Part shown: positions 51,362-59,485 of the stretch, piece after piece | How the letters are laid out: every line of letters begins with the position of its first letter | How positions within the stretch are numbered: the first letter of the stretch is position 1 | Virus record (IMG/VR): IMGVR_UViG_3300048851_000177 | Location: 1-59,485 of that record | Reading direction: 5' to 3' (one strand) | DNA: 59,485 bases | Origin: a virus | Taxonomy: Duplodnaviria > Caudoviricetes | The notes under the pieces: model-generated | The model's input: only the letters and a program-made list of their open reading frames with translations | The model's database searches: none | What the model was told of the DNA's origin: nothing | Made by a program: the position numbers and the translations under genes

Positions 51362-53224
51362 ATGATCGCCAACGTCGTAGACTACATAGAAGGGACCATC
51401 TCTTCGGGCCGACATAGGTTTTTTGTAAATACACTCCTCTGGAGTGCATACAAATTCGCTCGCGCATTTGGCTTAAGGCATTTGCACGACCTGGCGCTGC
51501 AGGGAATCATTCTGCAGTCCGAAGCTTTGAATGACGAAGGTAGAGCAGAGGCAGCCCTATTAGAGTATGCTCAGACTTTTGGTCTGAAATGGTCTGTGCT
51601 GCGTCGCTATACTACAGAACAGATGCAGTCGTCGGCCCGGACGCTTATCGCGTCCGGCAGATTACCGTCAGACCAACAGCAACTGCTTCAGGCAAACGTC
51701 TTTTACAAAGATGGCATGCCATCTAGCGCTTTAGACGTACTCGGCGACTTCACAAGCAAAAACTACAATGTCCGGTATGCTGCAACCTCATTAAAGCGCT
51801 CAATCTATCACGCACAGGGAATGCCTTCGAAGGTGGCGGAACTGCTCGTTGACTTTCTCAACGCTGAACCGGATAGAATACTAATCAGGGAATCCGTCAC
51901 CGCTGCAAGGGCGGCTGAAGCTTCTAATCGCGAAGACATTTTTGCAATCGCAGCATCTCGAATTCTTGACGACGTCGAGAAGGTTAAAAGAGATCCAAAA
52001 CTATTCAGGCTTCTGTGGGGCGATGCGGCATTTGGAGCGGCGTCAACGTTCGACCTCGACTCTGCTTGCTTGATAGCTGAACGGGCCGCAACCTTAAATC
52101 TGACGGCTCGCCATACTGTTGACGAGTACCAGCAGATTCGACTGGATTTTGGTCGGTTCATAACTGCAATCCAAGAGGCACATCACGACCTGCTAGTCCG
52201 CTGTGGAAGGAAGGCACCAAGCGAAAAAACAGGAGATGCGATTGTGGTCATTCCAGGAGCAGCAGTGCGGTCGAACAAGATTGACTATCCAGGTTTTCGC
52301 GCCGACGTCCGGTTTTGCGTAAAAACGATTCTTTCCACGTTGGAAGACGCCGGCATCGCATACAAGGTGGCAAGCCGAATAAACAATCACGGCGAACTCA
52401 GTTTTGACGTGCCATTTTTTTCGTACCACACGATATCGAGCGGTAGCCGAGGTCTACACTTTAAAGAAACAGATCGACGATCGCTCTTCAGCTTTGATGA
52501 TTCCGGCTATGCCGGGTGGTCTTCCTTCGCCTCGACTGGCCCCGGAGACTGGATTGACGGGAACATAGAGCAGGATACCGCGGATGCTTTCTTTCAGAAA
52601 GATCGCAGGGAGTTTCTAGCATCACGTGCTTCAAAATACGCCCAAAAAGATTGTGCCGAAGACCTGCCCGATTCTTTCATTTTTGTTGCTCTGCAGGTTG
52701 TTGGAGATGCTGTACAGAGCCTAGCCTACGCCAGCACAGCGGAAATGCTCGATGAAGTCATTGCTGTCGCGAAGTCCAATCGCCTCAGCGTTGTCGTGAA
52801 GCGCCACCCTTCCTGCAAATCGCCAGAAATAACGAGCTATCTTAGGAAGGTGGCTAGCGATATTTGCCTAGTAACAGGCAACGTCCACGACATCCTCCCC
52901 AGAGCAAGAGCCGTTTGCGTTGTGAACTCAGGCGTAGGCGCGGAAGCCCTTATCTACGAAAAACCCGTCTACGTTTTTGGTCGGGCTGACTATATGCCCG
53001 CTTGCTTCGTATGCCGAGAACCCGGCGAATTCTCGGATCAGTTTGAAGTAGACAAGGCAAAGCTGTCGCCTTCAGAACTCCGCCGATTTTGGTTCGCTTA
53101 CAGAACGAAATACGCATGTGATCTAAGAAACCAAAAGGAAGCCTCTTCATTCATATCGGCAAAGGTTTTGCACCATCTCACTCGCAACAAACCTGTTTTC
53201 TCGATTAGAGAGGAAGTCACGTAA
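51362..53224 (+). CDS. Capsule polysaccharide biosynthesis protein (KpsC/KpsS-like C-terminal domain); start uncertain
   Basis: FVALQV..D, VVKRHP, VNSGVGAEAL...KPV..FG...Y. Confidence 0.85.
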   Translation: MIANVVDYIEGTISSGRHRFFVNTLLWSAYKFARAFGLRHLHDLALQGIILQSEALNDEGRAEAALLEYAQTFGLKWSVLRRYTTEQMQSSARTLIASGRLPSDQQQLLQANVFYKDGMPSSALDVLGDFTSKNYNVRYAATSLKRSIYHAQGMPSKVAELLVDFLNAEPDRILIRESVTAARAAEASNREDIFAIAASRILDDVEKVKRDPKLFRLLWGDAAFGAASTFDLDSACLIAERAATLNLTARHTVDEYQQIRLDFGRFITAIQEAHHDLLVRCGRKAPSEKTGDAIVVIPGAAVRSNKIDYPGFRADVRFCVKTILSTLEDAGIAYKVASRINNHGELSFDVPFFSYHTISSGSRGLHFKETDRRSLFSFDDSGYAGWSSFASTGPGDWIDGNIEQDTADAFFQKDRREFLASRASKYAQKDCAEDLPDSFIFVALQVVGDAVQSLAYASTAEMLDEVIAVAKSNRLSVVVKRHPSCKSPEITSYLRKVASDICLVTGNVHDILPRARAVCVVNSGVGAEALIYEKPVYVFGRADYMPACFVCREPGEFSDQFEVDKAKLSPSELRRFWFAYRTKYACDLRNQKEASSFISAKVLHHLTRNKPVFSIREEVT

Positions 53225-53857
53225 ATGTCTACTGGACGGGCGTCTGAGTCCAATATCTCCGAGCAAGCATTTATCTCCATGCCGGAACTTCTTGAGCACC
53301 CTGTATCCGTTGGTGCTCAAGCCGAGGTTCATCGTGACAGCACAATTGGACGTTTCTCATTTGTTAATAACGCGTCGATTATCTATCGCAACGTCACCCT
53401 TGGCCGCTTCAGCTCTGTCGCTCGAAACTGTGAGGTCGGGGTCGCTATTCATCCCACAGACACGCTTTCAACGCATAGCTTTCAATACAGTTCAGCTGGC
53501 TTCCGGAATGTTGATGGCTACGCGGATATGCCGCGATTTCACCACGAGGAACACCCCGCAACCTTTATAGGATCAGATGTCTGGATTGGCGCCCAAGTTA
53601 TTGTAAAAGCTGGTGTACGAATCGGGCACGGCGCAGTCGTGGGGGCGCATTCTACCATAATCGGGGACGTACCTCCTTTCTCTGTGATAGTCGGGTCTCC
53701 AGGCCGGATTGTTCGTATGCGGTTCGAGTCCTGTATAATTGACAGCCTCATCGCGACGCATTGGTGGGATTTGCAGTTTGATCAAATACGTGTACTTCCG
53801 TTTCACGATGTCCCAAAGTGTATTGAGATACTTGACAAAATCCGGGAAGATTCGTGA
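53225..53857 (+). CDS. Hexapeptide-repeat O-acetyltransferase (CatB/Vat-like)
   Basis: IGSDVWIGAQ, IGHGAVVGA, DVPPFSVIVGSPGR, WWD. Confidence 0.9.
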   Translation: MSTGRASESNISEQAFISMPELLEHPVSVGAQAEVHRDSTIGRFSFVNNASIIYRNVTLGRFSSVARNCEVGVAIHPTDTLSTHSFQYSSAGFRNVDGYADMPRFHHEEHPATFIGSDVWIGAQVIVKAGVRIGHGAVVGAHSTIIGDVPPFSVIVGSPGRIVRMRFESCIIDSLIATHWWDLQFDQIRVLPFHDVPKCIEILDKIREDS

Positions 53858-54354
53858 GAGGGACAGTATTAGACTACAGTTCGAAAGCCATCCGAGCCCG
53901 GACCTCGGTCCGTACAATTCGATGCGACTTATTCAACTAGAGCGCTGTAACCATGCCTGGTTGATTTTGCAGTTAACCAAAGCGAAACGATGTATTTGAG
54001 AAACACCGGTCCTCAGTATATTCAGATTTCGTCAACAAGGAGATCTGAAGCTGTGACTGATTCTCACAACGCTTACTAACAAGCATACCATCGTCGACAT
54101 GGGCAAGGGCTGAATATTTTCGAAGGCCCCAATGGAACGAGTATGTGATAGGGTATTCTCCAGCCCAGTAGTAAGAGGCAGACGATACGTAAGCACATCA
54201 CGGCCAAAGGGCCAGTGGACGTGATCGTAGGGCACAACCGCTTCAGTGCGCCTTGACGTCGCGACCTTCCCATACCGGCATTCCGTCTAGTTCGCCACCT
54301 CACATTCGCCTTGATATTTTACGATCGCATGGATGCTCAGTGAAAGGAGATTAT

Positions 54355-55542
54355 ATGCGGGTCAGTTCTGCAGTTCTTTGTTTGATAGGCGCCGCTAGTG
54401 CCTTTCTCTTTCACTTTCCGGCACAAGCACAAAGCGGAAGCAGAGTTTGTGAGATCCCTGATGAGATCACGTCGAGCATCACACTGCGCGCCGATTGTAT
54501 CTATGAAGCCCCGCTTTCGCTGAGAACTTCAGGGGTAACTCTCGATTGCGCAGGGGCTGTCATTGACGCATCCAATGCAAACGTGGGTATTTTGATACAC
54601 GGTCGGTCCCTGCACGACATTACTGTGAAGAACTGCAACGTCGAAGGCGCCAAAAACGAGGGCATTCTTATACGTCCGCCAATGGGCGCGAACGAGTTAG
54701 CGGAGCTACCGGTTCCTGATCGCTATTTGATCGCAGCGAAGGACATTTTGATTGAGTCTTCGACCGTCACGAATTCTGGCAACGTCGGAATCTATGTCGG
54801 CCACTACTCGCAGAACACCAAAATTCGTGACTCCACCGTCGCAGGTTCGGGAGGTCCAGCTGTTTATCTCGATGCCTCATCTGTTCAGACAACGATCCAG
54901 GCCAATGAGTTCACAGCAAATGGGTTCGGCGGACGGGCGGCCGACGCGAAGAAGAGAGATAGAGAAGCAATAGCGATTGATTCATCATCGCATAACAGCA
55001 TCATCAACAACGTATTCAGGCAAAACTCAGCCGGCGGCATCTTCATTTACAAGAACTGCTGGGAGCGACACAGGGACCCGAAACAGGCTCCCCGTTGGAT
55101 GCATTCTTCGTTCAACCTCATTCAAGGAAACCAGTTTGAGGAGAAGGTCGGTGTATGGATTGCGTCTCGTCAGGCAAAGAACCAAGCGAACATGGACTGC
55201 GGCGATCCACCGATCGCGCCGGGATACTTTAGAGACTACGCTGAACATAACTCTGTGGTGGCTAATCTGTTCAGAGGCGGCGACACCGGCTTGAACGTGC
55301 AAGATGACCTTACAACGATTGAGAACAATGTGTTCTCCGGGCAGAAAGGCGCCTGCGTCATCCTTGGAGCAGAGATGAGGGACGCCTTGCTGGGGGCTCC
55401 GATAGATAAGACTTCACTCGCCGGGAACAAATGCTCGAAAGGCCTAGGCGGAGGGTACGTCACCAAAGGAACATCGTCGTTCTGGAAATGCAGTGACAAT
55501 TTGATTGATGACGTCCCATTTGCCTGCCAGAAGCCCCGATAG
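54355..55542 (+). CDS. Secreted right-handed beta-helix protein (NosD/pectin-lyase-like)
   Basis: Signal peptide; repeated GI.x..N.I..N.F pattern; AAGGAG RBS. Confidence 0.85.
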   Translation: MRVSSAVLCLIGAASAFLFHFPAQAQSGSRVCEIPDEITSSITLRADCIYEAPLSLRTSGVTLDCAGAVIDASNANVGILIHGRSLHDITVKNCNVEGAKNEGILIRPPMGANELAELPVPDRYLIAAKDILIESSTVTNSGNVGIYVGHYSQNTKIRDSTVAGSGGPAVYLDASSVQTTIQANEFTANGFGGRAADAKKRDREAIAIDSSSHNSIINNVFRQNSAGGIFIYKNCWERHRDPKQAPRWMHSSFNLIQGNQFEEKVGVWIASRQAKNQANMDCGDPPIAPGYFRDYAEHNSVVANLFRGGDTGLNVQDDLTTIENNVFSGQKGACVILGAEMRDALLGAPIDKTSLAGNKCSKGLGGGYVTKGTSSFWKCSDNLIDDVPFACQKPR

Positions 55543-55596
55543 CAGTTGGGCGTAGGCTTTGTGGCCACCGCCACAGAACTTTGAGTGGAGTTAGCG

Positions 55597-55971
55597 ATGG
55601 ACTTCTGGGAACTATGCATGCGTCTGTCTACCGAAGCTGACGGGTCCAGAGAACTCGATCAGCAGATCGCCCTAAGATTCGGATGGAAACAGAAGAAAGA
55701 GCCTTTCATAGACGACGCCACGGGAAAACAGCAGCAGAGGACTGTATGGGTTCCAAAAGACAGTCAGACAGCCTCCAACGTTCCTCGCTACACCACCAAC
55801 TTTAATGACAGCCTGAGACTTGCACGATCGATCAGTGCGGAGCGGGCAATAGCCTGCAGTTGGGAAAGTGGGAACGCTAGCGTCAAATTAGGTAGTAATC
55901 CTGTGGCGATAGCTTGCACCCCGATGCTGGCACTCTGCCTGGCGAGTATTCAGGAGATCCACCAACCATGA
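55597..55971 (+). CDS. Hypothetical protein, phage ABA-sandwich-like (paralog 1)
   Basis: RELDQQIA..GW, PRYTT..D, TPMLALCLA. Confidence 0.7.
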   Translation: MDFWELCMRLSTEADGSRELDQQIALRFGWKQKKEPFIDDATGKQQQRTVWVPKDSQTASNVPRYTTNFNDSLRLARSISAERAIACSWESGNASVKLGSNPVAIACTPMLALCLASIQEIHQP

Positions 55972-56381
55972 CTATCCTAGAAAGCCTGATGGAACGTTTG
56001 CAATCTCTGAAAGGGCCGGACGACGAGACCGATGCTGAGATCGCCTTACTTCTAGGCTGGAAACGACGACAGGAGCGGGGCACGACCTTTTGGCTTGTTC
56101 CAAAAGGCGAAGCAACTGGCAACCCTCCGAGATGTACAACTCATATTAACGACGCCTACAAGCTCGTGAACGCTCTTCTACCTGGCCATGCCGCAGCTTT
56201 TGTTTGGCGCGAGGAAGAAGCTACGGCGCGCGTAGATTTCAATGGTGTACTGGGTCCGATACTATCAGCTACGACGCCCTCAATCGCGATTTGCCTCGTG
56301 GTCTTCGAGGCACTGTTAAGAAGCCGGAAAGACCGGCAACCTATTGACGACGCTAACCAAACCGAGCCAACGAAGGCATAG
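55968..56381 (+). CDS. Hypothetical protein, phage ABA-sandwich-like (paralog 2)
   Basis: ETDAEIA..GW, PRCTT..DA, TPSIAICL; ATGA overlap. Confidence 0.7.
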   Translation: MTILESLMERLQSLKGPDDETDAEIALLLGWKRRQERGTTFWLVPKGEATGNPPRCTTHINDAYKLVNALLPGHAAAFVWREEEATARVDFNGVLGPILSATTPSIAICLVVFEALLRSRKDRQPIDDANQTEPTKA

Positions 56382-56387
56382 GAATAA

Positions 56388-58868
56388 ATGGATAACCTCG
56401 ACCAATCGCAAATTGTCCCTTCCAACGATGCAGACAGCGATCAGCTTGTAAAAGTCGGACCTGCGGAGAGCCGCATCCTCTTCAGGCCAAGCTTCGATGT
56501 TATTACTCCGGACGACATAACTATTGTCTTCTGCGTGAGGCTCCATGAGGGTAATCCGTGGATTGTTGATCGGCTGGCCATGATGGCCAACTACTACGAT
56601 CCATGCCCCGCCATCGTCATCGTTGACTTCGGGTCAGAACCGGAGAAAGCAGCGATCGTCAAACAGGTATGCGACCTGCATGGGTACAAATACCATTATG
56701 TCGATGACACCGGCGTTTTCTCCTTGGCAGCAGGAAGGAACACGGCTTTCGAGCAGACGGATACTGACTTTGTCTTCTTCTGCGATCCCGATTTCGTTAG
56801 CGAACGGGATCTGTTTTCTCGCCTGGCAAAGAACGCTTCCGCGCTCAACATGCGTAACGTGGTGGATATAATTCTAAACCCGCCTGCGTTTCACCTTCGC
56901 CAGGGCGACACAGAAGTCTTTGAAGGTCTCGCGGGACATCCAGAGCAGCAATCCTCTTTTCTGCGGTTTCTTTCCTTCAGGGAAAACTACACCGAGACAA
57001 GCCGGGAAAGCGGCAAGTTCGTAGCCCCGTATTCCAACGTCTTTCTCATAAACCGGCGGATGTTCTCAATGGTTGGTGGATACGACACGAACTTCCGCGG
57101 ACATGGCTCGGAAGATTTCGAGTTTCTACTCCGGCTGGCGATCCACACAGGGCACCTTCCCCTCCCAGACTCCGCTTCTGAAGATTGCTTCTCACCACTT
57201 CACCCGACGTTCTACGAAGCACGCTCATATCAGGGCTTCCGGCGGCTTTTCGAGCTGATGTCACAGCCGACAGAGTCGTTGGGCATCAAGGTCTTCCATT
57301 TAGACCACCTAAGGGAGCGATCAAGCGACTGGTACGGAAACAACGACTGGCGGCGTGAACGCTTCAAAGTATCAACAGATTCCTACCTGAAAGATCATTC
57401 AAATCTCTTGTCGGCTGACTATCTCAGCCGGTCTAAACGTATTGCGTGCCTGTGCAAAAACCGTAACACCTGGGGCTACTTCCTACCGCTCAGATTGGCA
57501 GGATATGAGGTGGTCCCAGTCCTGGATGACACTCCTGAAACTCTACAAAGGGTTGCGGATCAACTCGAAGCAGGCGAGATCAGCGATATCGCAATCTTCA
57601 ATCCGTATATGAAGAGCCATGCAGCATTCAAAGGTTTGATACTCCTCGCAAGAGAGCTCAACCGAAAAGTGATCGTCATTGAGCGCGGTGCTCTCCCGAA
57701 CACGATCTACTACGACGACGACGTCAGCTATGTAAGCGACGGCTACACAGAAGAAGCGTTTTCACAAACGTATTTCGACGAGGCCGAGATTGCTCGTGCA
57801 GCAGATTACGTCGAAGAGCTGCGCAGGGGCGCTTCGACCCTGGAATCGATGGATTCCTATGAGAAGACCAGCGCCAAATACAGCGCCTACGCGAAGCTCA
57901 CGTCAAAGAGAATCGTATTCATTCCGCTACAGCTCGACGATGATATGGCTGTCACAATGTTTATTAAAGGGGAACAGTCATACGCTGATTTCGTCTTCAC
58001 CCTACCTGCTCTAATGGCAAAGCACTCAGATATACTGTTCATCGTGAAGCCGCACCCGCTTTCGAAACTTGAGAACGTAGTCCCTACGCCAAATGTGGTT
58101 ATTGCAGAGCGCTCAGACAACATTCATTTTCTGCTGGATCTCGCTACTGGGACGCTCTGCTACAATTCCGGAGTCGGACTGCTATCCCTGATGCATTTGA
58201 CGCCAACCATCACTCTCGGAAATGCGTTCTATAACATCAAGGGCGTCGGCTACCGCGCGCGGTCGTCGGACGAAGGCTTGGAAAAGTTCCTCTTGGGCGA
58301 GGTCCCTGCTCCAGATCAAGAGATGGTAAACCGACTTACAGCTTGGTTTACACAAAGAAAGTATTCAGAGTTTATCGCGACTGATGACATACGAGAGTTC
58401 AAAACCCGCAAGGCGCATGGCTACAAAGACATCCTTGTAACTAAATTCCGCTGGAACGGGTACGCCTTCGATCTCGGTCGCGTCAAGCAGATTGCCCCAT
58501 TCTCATGGAAAAGCTACGCGGCCTCCCGCATTGCCCCGATCCCCCGGAACGCAGCATCTGTAAAAGAAGCACCTAAATACTATCGTTGGGGCATCAATGA
58601 TTTCAATCGAAGCGAATACGCCAAATCAGCGGATTACCTGCTTCTAGCACATAAACTGGGCTATAAAAAAACCCATCTGCTCCGATTTGCTGCGGAATCG
58701 GCCTTCAGAGCTGGAAACAGGCTGCAAGCTGTGTCGTTACTTCAGCAAGCACGGAAGGAAAATCCGGGCGTTGCGAGTATTAGACTCCGCATGCTCGTGA
58801 TGCTTTTTCCACCTTTGAAGTTCATCATAGGAGATAGAGCTATCCAAGTGCCCAAAACACCTACTTGA
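56388..58868 (+). CDS. GT2 glycosyltransferase fused to KpsC/KpsS-like domain and TPR-like tail
   Basis: IVDFGS, FCDPD, GGYD..F.GHGSEDFE; PLQL.DD, VKPHP, NSGVG. Confidence 0.9.
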   Translation: MDNLDQSQIVPSNDADSDQLVKVGPAESRILFRPSFDVITPDDITIVFCVRLHEGNPWIVDRLAMMANYYDPCPAIVIVDFGSEPEKAAIVKQVCDLHGYKYHYVDDTGVFSLAAGRNTAFEQTDTDFVFFCDPDFVSERDLFSRLAKNASALNMRNVVDIILNPPAFHLRQGDTEVFEGLAGHPEQQSSFLRFLSFRENYTETSRESGKFVAPYSNVFLINRRMFSMVGGYDTNFRGHGSEDFEFLLRLAIHTGHLPLPDSASEDCFSPLHPTFYEARSYQGFRRLFELMSQPTESLGIKVFHLDHLRERSSDWYGNNDWRRERFKVSTDSYLKDHSNLLSADYLSRSKRIACLCKNRNTWGYFLPLRLAGYEVVPVLDDTPETLQRVADQLEAGEISDIAIFNPYMKSHAAFKGLILLARELNRKVIVIERGALPNTIYYDDDVSYVSDGYTEEAFSQTYFDEAEIARAADYVEELRRGASTLESMDSYEKTSAKYSAYAKLTSKRIVFIPLQLDDDMAVTMFIKGEQSYADFVFTLPALMAKHSDILFIVKPHPLSKLENVVPTPNVVIAERSDNIHFLLDLATGTLCYNSGVGLLSLMHLTPTITLGNAFYNIKGVGYRARSSDEGLEKFLLGEVPAPDQEMVNRLTAWFTQRKYSEFIATDDIREFKTRKAHGYKDILVTKFRWNGYAFDLGRVKQIAPFSWKSYAASRIAPIPRNAASVKEAPKYYRWGINDFNRSEYAKSADYLLLAHKLGYKKTHLLRFAAESAFRAGNRLQAVSLLQQARKENPGVASIRLRMLVMLFPPLKFIIGDRAIQVPKTPT

Positions 58869-58906
58869 CGCGCTCGAGAAGCTATCCTCAACTGCTTTTG
58901 AGCTCG

Positions 58907-59270
58907 TGACCTGCCACTGCGAACTTCCACCAGAATTCATTAGAGTCCGGCCGATCAGGGGACGGACGAATGAAGAGGCGGAGATTGACGGAATAGTAGA
59001 TCATCGGTGTGCCGCGTGAGCAGGAGGCTGGTCCAAAGCCCGCCGACCTGTGCCGCAAGCATGGAATTTTAGAGGCGACGTTTGACAACTGCAGGGCCAA
59101 GTACGGCGGCATGGAAGTGTTCGAGGCGAAGCGTTTGAATAAGAACTCCAAGCTGAAGAAACTGCTGGCCCAGCAGATGCTGGATGTTGCCGCGCTCGTC
59201 GCGTTTCTTTCAAAAAAATGGTAGGGCCCGCCGCCAGGCGTGACGCGGTCAACCTGTCGGCCTCAATCAA
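58907..59270 (+). mobile_element. Decayed IS3-family (IS407-group-like) left end with orfA pseudogene
   Basis: TGACCTGCC start; MKRRRLTE** (in-frame stops)..EQEAG..LCRKHG..KLKKLLA; A7-TGGTAG frameshift site; orfB lost. Confidence 0.8.
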
Positions 59271-59323
59271 GCCAACCTTGCAGCCGTCCGACGAAGAGTA
59301 TCTCCCTCACCAGCCCGAAACAG

Positions 59324-59352
59324 AAAAAGGTCGCCCGGAAGGCGACCTTTCT
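59324..59352. terminator. Rho-independent terminator, probably bidirectional
   Basis: AAAGGTCGCC-CGGAA-GGCGACCTTT. Confidence 0.75.
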
Positions 59353-59485
59353 CTTGAGATCGAGACGAAGCTTACTTGTAGACCAGCGGCGCCGGTTCCG
59401 GCTCGTAGGCGACGGGTGTCGCGCAACCGCCGAAGACGTAGCGAGCGCCAAGACGTGCTTCGTGGCTGTAGAAGCCCTTGTCGCG

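Noticed and set aside
53225-53857. Chloramphenicol/streptogramin resistance gene
   Set aside because: The hexapeptide fold is shared, and coupling to a capsule gene favours a polysaccharide O-acetyltransferase

Overview
About 1-50.7 kb is a largely intact temperate siphovirus-type prophage, probably from a Rhizobiaceae host (alphaproteobacterial LexA boxes, GapR-like gene, rhizobial-type initiator tRNA). Its left end lies outside the window. The late and right-early operons run on the minus strand: cro, GapR-like gene, two DNA methyltransferases, replication genes, late regulator, tRNA-fMet, terminase, portal, capsid, tail, tailspike and lysis. The cI repressor, recombination genes (ERF, lambda-exonuclease, NinB), xis and integrase run on the plus strand. 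An att-like junction at about 50.6-50.85 kb is followed by a capsular-polysaccharide gene cluster and a decayed IS3 element. The most notable observations are: (1) a 73-aa stand-alone GGQ release-factor domain close to a phage initiator tRNA and a highly structured non-coding tract; (2) a portal protein fused to an Acb1-like 2H phosphoesterase, directly followed by an Acb2-like gene; (3) three apparent orphan endolysin 5' stubs sharing a translation-initiation motif, plus a similar terminase stub; (4) a shared structured leader before two HNH genes; (5) an antisense HEPN-like moron; (6) an early operon rich in host-protein mimics. All family calls come from motif recognition by eye; no database search was run.
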